Shown: positions 27,471 to 42,734 of the stretch, in pieces
Layout: every line of letters starts with the position of its first letter
How positions within the stretch are numbered: the stretch's first letter is position 1
NCBI RefSeq assembly: GCF_009914755.1
Contig: NC_060926.1
Length of the DNA stretch: 64,000 bases
Strand: one strand, 5' to 3'
DNA from: the human T2T-CHM13v2.0 reference genome, Homo sapiens
The notes under the pieces: model-generated
The model's input: only the letters and a program-made list of their open reading frames with translations
Databases searched by the model: none
Told to the model about the DNA's origin: nothing
Position numbers and translations under genes: made by a program

Positions 27471-29282
27471 AACTGATGTTACTTCAATCTTTGAAATTGC
27501 TGTCCTTTGGATGTTATTTTTTTTCTTCCACCCTATTTGATGACCTTGAGGGTTTGATTGTGGTATAAGGTGGATTGAGTCTATTGGTTTCATTTCTGCA
27601 AGATTTTAAGTGGCTAAGGCTCAGCTCCTAACTCCTGGACTATGTGCTCAAACTCTGAGGGACTAGTACTGAGCTCCAACTTTGTTCTTTGGCTCTTCAA
27701 GGTTAGGAACCCACTGTGCTGGTGGGGGTGTCAAGGTACTTCTAGACTTCTGGTCAGCACACTCCAACAGGTGGTGTCAGCCAAAGTGTTTTCTATGACA
27801 GTGGCAGCAGGATCCATCATCACTTGCACATGCCAGCAGCAGCAGCAGTGTGGCAAGGTGCATGCTAGTCTGCTGCAGCAAGGTGCTAGCAGACACTGGA
27901 GTGTCAGCCTTTTTGCAGGTGTTCACAGCAGCAACAGAGGCAGCATGACTTGATGGTGTGCATGGTGACTGTGCATACAGTCACACTGGTGGTATTCTTA
28001 GCATAGATGTGGGATTCTGGCAGCTGCAGGTCTGTGTGTGCCTTCTTTGCATGTTCATGCAGGCAAAGGGGGCCACTCAGGGCAGCAGAGAGTCCTCTGT
28101 TCTGAGTGCCTAGTTTCACTTGTCAGCAGCATTGATGCAGTGGCGGGGCTCTGTAGGGGCAGGGCTGATGGGTTCTGTGCCCACCAAGGCTCAGACTGCA
28201 ATGGCAGTATGGTGGTGGGGGTTAGGGTGTTGGGGGGGGCACTCACATTGGCAGCAGCAGCAGGGCAGGATGCACGCTCACACGCATGCTGGCAGGTCAG
28301 GGAAGGCAAAATCTGCCCAGGTACACACGTGCTGGCAAAGATATGTGGGGGGTGGCCATGGCCCAGGGGAAGCTACAGTGGGCAGAGGGAGTGAGCAAGC
28401 TGGTGCATGTCCATGGGGGCTGCTCTGCTGGAGCTCTCTGCTGGTCAGGTGTGGTCCACCAGTGCAGGAGCTGTGATGTAGGCCCCCAGGGCACCCGAGG
28501 CTGCACTGCAAGCAGGTGTGGTTCAGCTGGGGCTCTGGGAGAGGCCAGCAGACCAAGGGGTGCACAAGAGCCCTGTCTGATGGGCAAAACCTCCCCTCAC
28601 AGTTCAGGTCTGACAGTTCCCCTAGGGCTAAAATCTTCTATGGGAAGAAGGCAAGCCTAAGGGGATGGGCATCTACAGCCAAGCTCTGCTACAGATGCTC
28701 CTGCACCAAACCCTCTGGGCTCTACAGGGACTAGAGTACTGTCCCTACCATTTCTCTGGCAGCTCTCCCTGCCAACTCAAGTGTCTCCGGTTGTAGAGGG
28801 GTCTCCCTCTGCCAGGATTCAGGAGATCCATGGCGAGAGCAGGTTGCTCCTTGCCAGATCAACTCACATGTTCTCCCAGGCACTGGGGGCCAAGAACAAG
28901 TTCTGGTGTACAGCAGCCCCATGTGGGATTTCCAGCTTCTTTCTCCTTCAGCCCAGCTTCTGTGTCTTCCCTCTGTCCACTCTCAGTGCCTTTCCTCTGA
29001 AGATCTGTTAGGAGCATGCCAGTCATCCAGGTACCTCGGTGGCAGCTGTTCCACTTAGCTGAGTCTAGTTGGCCATCTTGCCTCAAATCCCTCCTTTAAT
29101 ATTTCTGTAGATGTCTTCCTATTTAGTTTTACTTAACTATGCTACTTGGTAAAACAATTTATGGAGAACTAATAGTAATAATAACAATACAGTTAATAGT
29201 AATAATAACAATAACAACCAGATAGTTTCTACTGAGGATTTTTCAGGTACTATGCTTTGTGCTAAGTCCTGTTCTTGAATAA

Positions 29283-29635
<353 letters not shown>

Positions 29636-32022
29636 AACTTGAGTATAATTATTATCCCTATTTTACAGGGAAAACAGAGGTGACTAGGGGTAAAGAAACT
29701 TTCCCCAAATCACATTGCTAGCCTGTAGTTCAGTTGGGATTTAAACTTTGGCAGTCTGGCTCGAGATTTACTTTTAGGATTTTGAGGCATGCTTGAATTT
29801 GCTTGTGGCTCCTTTCCTTCCCCTGGGCTTCCAAACACAATGGTGTGTTTTGGGAATATTCAAGGGTGCCATTTGAAAGCAACAATGTAAGATTCCTCCA
29901 ACTCTATACGCTGCCCACTCAAGGTGTGGTCATCCACCTTGCCCAGGGTTGGGAGATGAAGGAACAGGTTCTTTCCTAGCATGTATTGTCCAGATGCTGA
30001 GTTTTTCCAAAGGATACTAAAGTCTTTATCTCACCCTACTTTTGACAAAGGGAGTGGTTGAGGTGGTTATGGATGAGGTGTTTCTCCTGCCATGCTACTT
30101 CAGCTGGGATGACTTATTGGATGTCTTCCTAATAGTTTGTAGAGCAAAAGAAGTGGAGGGGTTGGGGTTTGTGGGTGATAGGTGTAGAATAAATGGGGGT
30201 GGGGCAAGAAGGCAAGATTTGTATTCACACAGGGGACTGCCTTCAGGGTGCCTCATAGTGGAGGCTATTCATCAAAACCACTAGGGCCCCAGGGACATGA
30301 AGCCTAGGGATTTAGAGCATATTCCATCAGTTTAATTACTGGTGAGATCTGAGGTTACAAAGGAGAAGCTGATCAAATAGCTGCTGACCTTCTTCTAGCT
30401 ACACTGACCCCACATATAAGGTTCTCCTAAGTTTATGGGCTCCTCACCTCACCTCTCCTTATTCCCCCTCCCCACATTTTGCAGTTGGTAAAATGACAAG
30501 CTTCTTCCAGTTCAATGCTCTTAACCCAAGGAGATAGTAGCTGCCATGGCAGAAATAAAGGCAGCAGATAAATCCAGTTGACAAAAAAGCCCTTACACTC
30601 ACAGAGGCCTTGTTCCTCATTTCTGCCAGAGTGTTGAGCAGGAAACGAGCAGATATTCCTCCGGTCAGTATTTACTGAACATATGTTTTGTCTCAGGAAT
30701 AGGAGACATAGCATTGAAAAAGTCACATAGGGCTCCTACCTTCCTAGAGTTTAGGGTACGAGAAGTCTTAAAGAAGCACCACGAGTTAGAATATGAAATG
30801 CTATTCATATGAAACAGACATGATAGGGGAAGTATAGGGTATATGGGATCCCAGAACAGGAAGGTACAGCTAATTTCACCCCGGAGGGTGATTTCATAGG
30901 AGGGTGACTTTCCTATTCCCTAGAAAAATCACCCCCCTTTTTAGGATTTTGTCCTAGGAAAAGGTCATCTTATAATGAGACTTTTTCTGATCACCAGAAC
31001 TATTCCTAAATCAACAGAAACTATGGCCTTCAATTATAAGCAAGATAGCAAGATGATGTATCTCAGTTGAAATGCAGTTGCTTGAACTTATGCCAAAATA
31101 CTAAGTTTGAATTTGTGAGTGCGATCAACTTTTAGTAACATAATATTTTAGAACATTCGTAGTTACCTGTCAATGGCAACTTAGTTCATAAATCTTATCT
31201 GCTCTGGAAGAGCTCAGCATCTGAGAAGGATGCCTGCTCCTGTCTGAGGTGGATATACACTGCTTCATGACACTGTACTCAGAGCTGATAGGAGCTGTCA
31301 GTGAACCTGTTGAACTTTTCCCAGCCAGACAAGGTGGACCCATGACTCCTCTGAGGACCTGCCAGGTACCCTTCCCTCTGAGCAACTGCAACCTGCTGGG
31401 AGTCAGAAGTAAGAGATGACATTCAAGCTTGCTGCTGCTTTGTTCTGAACTGGTGAGTCTGTTCCCTTCTGTATAAAAGACACCTAGATAGAAGAAAAGA
31501 ACCTGCTATTACTTCTACTTTTGGAATCAGGAAATGGCTCTTTATCTGGAGTTAAAGAGTGGGAATCCAGGCAGAATTCCTGTGGGAAGTAAGGGTTAAC
31601 TGAGATCTGAAGGATGGGTAACAGCCTGGTTGAAGTACACAGGAATCGTTCTAAGAAGAAACATCTTATGGGAAGACTCAGCTCTCTGAAGCACAGAGAC
31701 CACAAGACATATAAGGCATTTGACAGTGTTGGGGCAGGCTGAGGAGGTGAGGCTTGTCAGTCACTCAAGTCACGTTAAAGAATTTAAAGTTTATCCTGAG
31801 GTCAAGTGGAAGTCAGTGAAGGGTGTGAAGCAGAAAAGAGACATGTTTGGGTTTGCTTTTTGAAGAAATATTATTCTGGCTACAGCATGGAGAAGGAATG
31901 GAAAACGGACAAAACCAGAGGAAAGAAGACCAGTTTGACAGCTGTGGCTATAGCCTGGGAAAAGAGGGCAGCAATTTGAGCTAGGGTGGGAGCAGGAGGA
32001 TACAGAAAATTAGACACATTCA

Positions 32023-32404
<382 letters not shown>

Positions 32405-32492
32405 AAAGTAGATGGTAAAGGAGAGAAAATCAGGGATGACTCCTAGGTGCCTGGCTTGAGCACCTACAGGAAGGAAGGGGTCATGCATTGTG

Positions 32493-32840
32493 TGGCATGG
32501 ACTGGATGTTTGTGTCCCCCAAATTCCTGGGTTGAAGCCCTAGTTCCGATTGTGATGGTATTAGAAGGTGGGACCTTAGATAAGGTCATGAGAGTGGAGC
32601 CCCTGTGATGGGATTAGTGCCCTTATAAGAAGAGGAGTAAACAGAGCTTGTTCTCTCCACCATGGGAGGATATAGCAAGAAGGTAGCTGTCTCCACACCA
32701 GAAAGAGGGTTCTTGCCAGATGCTGAATCTGCCAGCACCCTGATCATGGATTTTGTAGACTCCAGAACTGTGAGAATTAAATGTCTGTTGTTCAAGCCAC
32801 TCACTTTATGCTATTTTGTTATGCAGCCTGAGCTAAGGCA
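32493..32840 (+). mobile_element. MLT1A/MLT1A0 MaLR solo LTR
   Basis: ATGGACTGGATGTTTGTGTCCCCCAAATTC...CTCCAGAACTGTGAGAATTAAATGTCTGTTGTTCAAGCCAC...AGCTAAGGCA; TSD-like TTGTG/CTGTG. Confidence 0.88.
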
Positions 32841-34193
32841 CTGTGGCAGGGAAGTGGAGGTAGAACAATCCAATTTCAGATAGGAGCAGGTGCAATTGGG
32901 GGGCTGCCAGATGTCCCAGTGGTTGAACAGACAGCAGAGGTCATGTGAGAAGTCCAAGCTAAAGATATAGACTCAGGGGCCATAGCCCTATGAAGGAATG
33001 TACAGCCATAGGCATATATGATATGGCCAGGGTGATGGGCAAGGGTGAGAAGAGAAGAGGCTTGGGGGCATCAACATTGAAAGCAGCAGAGACTTAGCTT
33101 TGTCCACAGTGATGTTCACAGTTCCTGTGGTCCAGAGTGGGGAGGAGTCCAGAGGTCATATACTGAGTCATGGGCAGGTGATCCTAGTACATAATTCTGC
33201 CCCGGACAATAGCTTTTGTTTCTAGCCTAGTAACAGTGGGGCTAGAAGGAGTTGACATCTATGAAAGAACCTGAGTTAGATAAGTGAAGTCTCCTGTCTA
33301 CATCACATAGATTTAAAAATTCTCTGTAACTATAAAACATTATACTCATAATAATTCTCACTGTGATTCTAGCTATTATTCTCTCCCATTTTAAAGATGA
33401 AAGACTTTAAGTTCAGAAAAGTTACTTGGCTTATACCAGGTAATTCAGGGACAATGGCAGAGCCTGAAATTCTTCCTAGTCGTCCAATTCAGGTTCACTC
33501 CCCTGTTCCTGTTTTCTTAAACTCCTATTTATTGCAGCTATATGTTTATGTTAATTTATTCTCTTCTTAACCTGTGAATCCTCTCCATGAAAACAATAAG
33601 AAAAAGACACTTTGGCTGAAGAGGTGGAAAAATACAGCAGGAGAGAATTCCTCTGAGACCTAAGATACCGTGCCCTTCCCCCTTGGCCTCTCAGCTGCTG
33701 CCGAGTCCTGGAGAAAATCGGGCATCTGAACAGAGGCCGTGTTTGTCCCTGCTCCGGCCTTGTGTTCTCATTCCTGCCACGCCATCATGGATAATGAAAG
33801 TTGACTGGCTGCCGGGGTTTCCTTTCTCTCTGCCCCTGTCATTTCCATTTGCCAGGTCTCATGCCTTTTTTGCACAGAGTTGTTGTGCTTGGGCTCTAAT
33901 TTGCCAGGCAGTGATAAATTCCAAGAAAAACCCATTCTTATTGAATTATTTTTGGAATGTTATGCAAACAACTCTAAATTGTGTGGCAGCCAACTCCACT
34001 CTAAGATCTAGTTTTGACTTCATGTTAATTCAAGTAGAGGAGAGAAAGAAAGAAACAAAAACTCAAAATGCTGAGATACCATCTTTCATTCTCAAGGAGA
34101 ATTTTTTAAAGTCTACTCCTTTGATACAAGGGTCTAAGCTCCCTTTCAGGACTTAGGCAGTGAAGATCACACTCCCGTACCAGGAGTCCCTCA

Positions 34194-34501
<308 letters not shown>

Positions 34502-34779
34502 CTATCCTTGAGTTCAGGCCTTAATAGAAGATGTCTTGTCCCAGGAGACTTTTTAAAACAAGAAAAGCAAGTAGCAATAGCTATTTTCCACCCCTGAGCC
34601 CTCTACCACCACCTCCAAGAAATAGTTTAGAATGAAGCTCTAATTCCACTAGAGCCAATACATTTCTGATTCCAGGAGTGAACAACTGTCATTTCTCTAT
34701 TTCCACATTTTCTAGTCAAAGTCCTTCTTTTTGTTTTGTTTTGTTGATAGAACATTCCATTCTCCACTTGCTGTCCATT

Positions 34780-35000
34780 TTAGAACTTGCTAAGCTAATA
34801 AGATGGATACCTGGAGGCGCTGAGAACTCTTGTCCCTGCCATAAGGGCACTTGCATGAGACTGAAGCCAGGACAGGAGTGGGGAGAGTTGAGAGGTGGAG
34901 TGGACAGAGTCCTGGGCACATCATCCGAGCACCTGCTTCAGCCCTTGCCTGAGCCAGATCTGCCTCCAGGCTCTGTAAATACAAGAACGAGTAAAAGCCA
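34780..35000 (+). mobile_element. Old MaLR LTR relic (MLT1K/L-like)
   Basis: AGAGTCCTGGGCACATCATCCGAGCACCTGCTTCAGCCCTTGCCTGAGCCAGATC. Confidence 0.55.
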
Positions 35001-35851
35001 GAATCTTCACTACTAAGCTTTCCCAGTCTCCATTTCTTCATCGGAAAAATGGAAAGGACAGCATGCAGAGCTTTTAACTGTGTTCTGTAGACTCTGGAAT
35101 TCCAAAAGTCTTGTTAAAAATGTCATTGTGCGCACAAGTATCTGACTATACACAACAGAATTTGTGAAGAAGAGGGACTGAAATTCCTGAGTTAAAATGT
35201 TTATCACGACAGCACAGGTGGCCCCCTATTGTCTGAAGATTCCAATCAAAATTCCTCCCCCTGGCTCCCCAGCTGTCCCTGTTTACATTTTCAGCCTTAT
35301 CCCTTAACATACCTTTCCATTCCCTATCCTCTGGCCAAACCGAGACCTGCACTATTGTCTACTTGTCCTCAGTGCTGTCCTCTGGGTCTTCCTTTCATGG
35401 AACGCCCCTTCCACCCAACCCCACCTCGCCTAGTTATACCTCCCCATCCTGCAAAGTCCCATTCAAGATCCGCCTTCTCCAAAAGTCCTCCCTCAAGTCT
35501 CCGTCCCGTTCTGCTTCTAAGAAAAAGCTCCCGTCTCTGAATCCCCAAAGCACTTTATCTGAACCTGACTTATGTTACTGAATCAAGGTCCCTTTATGCA
35601 TCACTTCAGATTCCCTTGCCTCAGGTGATTCAGGGGGTCCATGGCCCCTTGTTCTGTCCCAGTTGCCGCTGAGGCCAGCAGAACTGTGTGGACTCTGGCC
35701 AACTGCACAGGGACACAACCGGGCGGTGCCTTGCTTCGTGCTCATGCTCTAAACCTCTTGCCTCCTGTCTTAGCATATTCCTGCTGTTACTGAGACATTA
35801 GAGCCAGAGGAATATACATGGGTGCTCAGTGGGCATGCATGTGCCCCCCCT

Positions 35852-35925
35852 CACACACACCACCCACACATGCACACACACACACATGCACACACACATA
35901 CACGCATTCACACGCACACACATAT
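35852..35925. repeat. Degenerate (CA)n tract
   Basis: Direct reading. Confidence 0.85.
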
Positions 35926-38900
35926 GTACAAGTAGTTAAGGGAAGTTAATGCTCCCTAGATTGAAGCTTTTGTCAGTGGGACACAGGAGCCAGGGAAAAA
36001 TTTCTTCTCTGTTCTCTTTCCCCTGCCCACCCTCTAGGAAGAGGGTCTGTGAGAGTGATCAATTATTTACACTTATTACCAAGTGGTATCCAGCTCAGGA
36101 AACCTTTCCTTCCTTTTCTCTTCATTTCTCCTTTCCTGGGTTTGCATTCCCCAATAAAGAAGTAGCATGATAGTTTTTGTATCCAGTTCTGATTTCCGGG
36201 GCACCCAAACCTATCACTTTTTACTTGACAACACAGTTGCTTATGCATGTATCTTGTTCCACCTGACTAGACTACATAATTATTGTGAGTTTCTTTATCT
36301 GCATTATAATCTAGCATAATGTTAGTGCTCAATATGGTCTGTGGCATGAATGAATGACAAGAGGTTTTGGAAAATGTAGTGTCAACAGGGACCTGAAGAC
36401 CCTAAACTGACACACACAATATGGAGGGATGGGAGGGGAATGTGTTCTTACATTATGACTTCTGTTCTCAAGCCAATAACTGGTTAGTCTGTTGGATGTA
36501 CCAGAGCACAATTCAAACCAAAGGATAGCTTCCTTCTTATGCCAGTACAATAGTGTGCACAATGAGGCAGAATATAGAAAATTATTAGGTCAGACTCCTT
36601 ATGTAGAACCGAAGGCAGCCAGACACCAGGGAGCAGAACATAGGGAAAATAAGAGGAGAGAATTCCCTTAGAGGTAAAGAAACTGATGGCCTGTTACTTT
36701 TCACAATATTTGCAAAGGAGAACGGCAAATTCACAATGGGGCTAAAGAACCGTCTCAAGAGAGACCTTATTAGAACTGTAGGAGGACTGGGATGGTCCCA
36801 ACTGAAGTCTGCTGGAAGGAAAGGAGACCATTCTCCCAGGGGCGGGCAGAACTCACCCCGAATGACTGCGAGTTCCTTTTATCACTACCCCACCAACTCT
36901 GATTCAGACTTTTTTGCATCTTGTTTCATTAGGGTTGGAACCTTGATACCTATGTGCAGCCTTGAAACCACTGTGGTCTATGCCTGTATCCAGGCCAACA
37001 AGGACATGACCATGGCAGTGGAGAGGCATCCATCAGTCTGCTTTAGGGCAGTTTTTAACAAAGGCACCTGCAGAAGGAACTGAAACAATACTCACCCATA
37101 ATTGGGCAGCTCAGAAGCTCTTGTTCCCTCTCAGCCCTGTATTTGGAAGCAGGACTGTGCACTTTGGACTGTGTCCCGGCAGTTCTTGGACCTCAAAAGA
37201 GTAACACTAGTCCTCCTGCTAATGAGGACTCGATCAGCTAATTGCAAATGAAAAGATGAGACTGCATTCATAAGGGGATGAAGTGGTTCCTCCTGGTCAT
37301 TCCAGGACTTGCTGAGTCTGTCTGCAATAGGTACACTTCGTTGACTAAAACCTTTCTAGGGTACCAGGTGTAGCCATGGCTTATTGGAAAGTATGACCCA
37401 TGCAGAGAAAAACAAAACAGGAGATGGGCAGAGGACAGGAGATGAGTAATTGCACCTGTCAGAAAATGAGGATAATGGTTAAGGATACTAGCATGGAAGC
37501 TCTGAGTTTTATGGAGAAAAACACCAGGGCAAATACGAGGAATTATTTGTCCTCAATGTCCCCTGGAGAAGGTGGAGTTGATCATTGGGGCCTGGTGGCC
37601 TGTATGACCTTCCAGCCAACAATATTTAAAGTGCCTGCTTACACTCAGTGGTTAGCACAGGCATTACACCACCCCATCCCTGCTGCCCACCCTGAAGATA
37701 CAGGCAGCTCTGATTTTGTGACATGCTATTTTTAAAACAACCAAATCATTTCTACATTGCCCCCTTCACAGCCTAGAGGAAGGAACTGGTTGCCTCACCA
37801 ATCTTTGGCACCAAAGTGCTTCACTGCGGATGTCTTTTTTTCTGCTGTCATACCGTCCTGATTAAGATTAATTGTCCCAGTCGAAGTGACTCACTTAGAA
37901 AGGATGGGAAGGGTGGAGGGAAGAGGGCAGTTTGCTTCTTTTTTTTTTTTTTTTTTTTGCCTACTTCAATGTTTGTTCTGAAAGATCCAAAAGAATACAG
38001 GAGTGTAGCAAAGGAATTTAAAGTGTGGAACATGTAATAAAGGAGATCAAGTGAAAAAGCTATTATGGGCTCCATGTTTATCTTCAGCTCAGTGACTTTC
38101 AGAGGAGCATGCACTTGGCTGGGGAGCCTGGAGGGTGTGACTGCTCCCTGCCAGTTGGAGGGCCTTGACCTGAACTCTCAAAAATTCAGCTGACCTCGTC
38201 CAGCCCCAGCTACTCTAAAAACAAGGCTACAACATCTCCCCTCACTGACACAGATACACCCCTATGTGTATATTAAAACCTCAAAAGTTCATTTTGGGTG
38301 CAGAAATCATATACAACCAAGGGAGCAACTGAGTAAGAAAAAGAAAATATATAACGACTAAACTAAAAGCTGTACCAAAGAGGAAAGAGATATTATTTAT
38401 AGAACAGCTTTCACTTGCCAGGCATTAGTGCAAAAGTTGATTCTTTCTGAGATACTTCTCCAGAACTCAGATTTGCACATCCTCTCTGAGTCTATCCCTC
38501 CAGCTCTGAGAGGCTCCCACTCCCTGGCAAGCACCTCAGACTCCTTTGTTGATGGAGTGGGCCTGGCTGAAGCAACTCTGGCTATTTTGGGGATAGTTAT
38601 AGAATACTTATAGAGGCCTTATTCAAAAACTCATGACCACTACTCTCATTTCAAATTAAAAACGTCTATCCTCTATGCTTTTTTTCCCCACCTTATTACC
38701 TTAACAAAAAGAAGAAAGGTTTGGCAAGGAAAGAAGTGTATGGCTTTGCTGATTCTGTGCATTCAATAGAAATCAAATTGTCATGACTTGTGAGGAAGAG
38801 AATTGGGCAGGGTGTCAGTAGACTGAAGCACACAACATCCAGCCCAGAACAGGCCACATTTGGTAGCCATTGGCTAATGAATGAATGGATGAATGAGTGA

Positions 38901-41193
38901 ACTTAGGTATGAATCCCAGCCCATCAACTAACCAGTCGTGTGCCCTTAGATAAACTACTTCTATTTTCTGGACCTCAGAGATTATCTAGTTCAACAGAGG
39001 AAACCAGCCTTAGCATCTAGCTCAGATACTCCTCTTACTGTCCCATCAGCCTGGAGTCTGTATATTCCTGGGGGGCTGTCTTGACATTTCCTTTTTCTGA
39101 AAAGACCATTTGAAACCATTCCTGTTCTACATCTACATCTTGGGCTGGATGAACCTTGAACATGCATCTCTCAATTCCAACTTGAGCCCACCGAACAGCT
39201 TAACTGAAATTTTCTCTGGGTTCCAGTGCTCCAAGTCCAGAGGCTTCCATATCTGCTCTTGCCAAATACAAGTGGTTGGCAGATAACCCTGCAGTAACTC
39301 ATCACCCCAACAGTAACTCATCTGTATTCACTCCACCCCAGCTCTACACAGACAAGTCACCACAAATGGATTGATGGCAATTTGAATTCATTGCCTACAT
39401 GGGAAATTTCTTTGAGGGGAGTATCTGGCTACATCCTTAAGTTACAGATAAGATACTTCTTATTCTCAAACAAGTAGCCAAGGAATATTATCATAATCCT
39501 GTCTGTCCTAGTATTTGATACCTTCATAATAGTTATTCCTCTAACTTAATCAAGGTTTAGTTATTTTCAGCCTCTCCCTCTCTCTCTCTCTCTTTCTCTT
39601 TCTCAAAGAGTTGGAGGGATTATCAGCCATACGAACATAAGTCAATGCAATCTTGGCCAAATTTAGGTAAATGGACAGGATGCAGATAACGCTGGGGACT
39701 CAGAAGGTTGAGCCGAAGCTGCAGAGTCTAGATAGCTTCCGCCTTCCATTGTCCCGTGATGCTTGCTCTGATAGTCCCTCTATCTCTTCCCTGCATTCCA
39801 GACTTGCTTAAGAATTAGAGAATATCAGACCAAGAAATCTCAAGCTCCATTCCAGCTCTACTCTCCTCCTTTCAGGGATGAGAAAGCTGAGGCTCAGAGA
39901 GGTTAAGGTTGCCTTCCAAAGTCACAAAGCCAACACAGCCCAGCCATGCCCCATGTCTCTTCCACTACCACTCAGGACACACCCAGTCACCTCAATTCCC
40001 ACAGGACCATTAGGCTTATATTTGCAGTTGGAACAATTTTAGCAACAATGTTTGTTACTGATCAACCCAAGCTTCCCTGAAATGGAAAACAGGGAAATGC
40101 TGGGGCAAGAAAGATAGCCAAGGGATTTACAGAGAAATAAAAGCTCCAGAAGAGAGGCCTTCATGACCTAATTGTGGCCCTATAAGCCCAGAGCATGCTG
40201 GATATTTTGCTTTGTTTTATTGCTTTTTTTTTTTTTTTACTTGCCCTTCTCATTCTTATCCCCACTTAGTTTTGCATGGGAAAGAGAAGGTCAAGGATCT
40301 GGAAAGACAAGGAAGGTATTTTATTGGCCAGAAATTTGCAAGACGTCATATTCCTGCTTTATCAGTATGCCTGACCCATTGATTGGAGATGGTTCTTTAC
40401 CTCCTGGCTCCTTTTAGGCCCTGTAAATTCAACGCTTTTTAATTTTTACAGAACAGTTTACGGGCTGCAAAAAGGGGAAGCTGGGGGAATCTGTTGTCAG
40501 GGGCTGCATTGAGCAATGAACCATCTTCTCAGTGTTCTTTTTCTTTCCTCCCACAGGAAGTCTTGTAAATGAGCACTTGGACTTTCTGAGGGAGATTGAA
40601 AAAGGTTTTTGGGGGGCAAGGCATGAAAGGGCAGACAGATTATGAAGGGGCCTTCAGGAAAATCTGAGACACCGTCTACCTCTGGTCAACTTGGTTATTT
40701 GTGGGACAGGAGAAGATTCCAGCAGATCATTCTCAAAATCTACTCTGAACTATTCAGCCTGTGAGGAAAAGAGGAATGTGTGACCTGATGATTTAAGCTA
40801 GAACTGATCAACTTTTTTAGGAGTTGACATTTTGAAAGGAGTGATCTGGGGACAATGTGGAAGGATCTAAAGAACTCAGTGATTTAGAATTCTCTAACTC
40901 TCTAAAACTTCTCTAGAGCACCATGATCTACACTCAGCATCTCCATAGCAGCCAGACAGTCACTTAAAGATGGTAACTGACAGAGACCAACCAAGACATG
41001 AGAGGCAAAGAGTCAAAGCTAAACTTGAGAAAAATATTATCTGTAAGACAGTTGATTAAGGGGCAAAGTAAGTTGCTATAATTTTATTTATCAATTGAGC
41101 AAAGCTTGAAAGATGAATTAGATTTTTAAAAATGCCCTTACATTTTTAAAGCTTGAGAATCCAACCAAAAAGTAGAGTTAGGAAAATTGAGGA

Positions 41194-41329
41194 ATCATTA
41201 TCACCATCACCAACATCATCATCATCATCACCACCATCATCATCACCATTGTCATCATCATCATCATCACCATCACCATCATCACCACCATCATCATCTT
41301 CACCATCAACACCATCTTCATCATCACCC
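41194..41329. repeat. Compound (CAT)/(CAC) trinucleotide repeat at the tail of a minus-strand MIR (about 41335-41470)
   Basis: Direct reading; it creates the poly-His, poly-Asp and poly-Ser ORFs in the track. Confidence 0.95.
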
Positions 41330-42734
41330 ACCTCTTAGTGAACATTTATTAAAAGCTTGTTGGATACTTGGCATCTTTTGAGTGCTTTACATACATTATT
41401 TCAGTCCTCACATCATCTTTCATGAGACAGGACTGTTATTAGCCATATCCTACAGGTCAGGAGAATGGGAGGAATTTCTCCTCATACTCTAAAAAGGGGT
41501 GGTAAAGAGAAGAAAACTAACCTTTTCCAAGGTCTAATTTTAGCCTCTACAAGTTAGAAAGCAAATGCTCAGAAGATTTCAGCTTCCATTTAGACTTCCC
41601 AATTTTTCCTTCCTCTCAAAGAATAAATGAATTAATGCTAATATATGGAAATTCCAAAGGAAGAGAGAAGAGGAAAGTGGCTTTTAGGAAAAAACAAAAT
41701 TAGACTGGTTTCTGCAGTAAATTTGGGAAGATCCCGACTACAGTGATTTGAACCCTTGCTTGTGCTCCAGTCTTGGGATGTCTTTGCTTGTCTAGCTTCA
41801 GAAGACTTCTGGAAAACCCCCACCTATTCATGGAATGCTCTACTCTATCCCACCTTCATATACCTGAGACCCCTTAGGAAGGTATTCTCCTGAGTGAAAC
41901 TCAGTGCACTTGAACCCTCTATGGGTGGTAGAGTGGGAGGGAAGGGGGCCTTGCAGGCAAGGCTTTGGGTCAATTTCTGCAAAGTGCTGCCAACAGCAAC
42001 TATCCACTTAGCCTAACAGGGCCCAGGAGGGGTGATATTGAATCTCTGCTCTTTCCTGTACCTTGAGTTGTATTACAATAGGTCTGTTGAGCTTTCCTAG
42101 TAAGTATCCCACACCAGAGGGATGGTAGTTATGTCGTTTGATGCTGGAGGAAGGTGAGAAGGGAGAAAAAATAGTACTGTAAAAGCAAACTAGAAAAATT
42201 AGAACTGGGAAATTTCTACAAGGGAAACATAAAATATCATTAAATCAATTTAGATTCTTCTGGGAAGAGGTGTATTTGAGGGGGTGGATCGGGATGCTAA
42301 TAAACAGTGCATACTGGAAGTTTCCAAAGGAGCAGAAACCAGACTCCTTCCAAGGACTGGGGTGATGCATTTAGAGAAATAACACCCTGGGATTGTCATA
42401 GGCAGCCCTGCCATATTCACAGCGAGGCATAGTGCCAGAATCCATGTATTTTCAAATCAATTCTCAAATCCTCTGAATTATCAAGCATTTTATTTGCCTT
42501 TAGAGTAGACTCGCTTTATACACCATAAACATTTCATTCAGGCATTAAGTTCTGGGCTCTGCCTCTCGTTTACTTAGCCCTACTCCTGCAAAGGCAGCTG
42601 ACTTTCTGTCCACTTTCTTTGACTGAGCCTAGTGCAGTTAAGATAGGATCTCCAGTTGCTTGGAGCTAACAACATCTTTTTATATATTACTTACCCTTTA
42701 ATTCCTGCTGAGGTTTCAATGCAGATGCCCTGAT

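Noticed and set aside
33683-34156. 157-aa ORF
   Set aside because: TTG start, no recognisable domain; better explained as chance within a regulatory-like segment.
41146-41381. Poly-His, poly-Asp and poly-Ser ORFs
   Set aside because: Translations of a (CAT/CAC)n microsatellite; no gene context.
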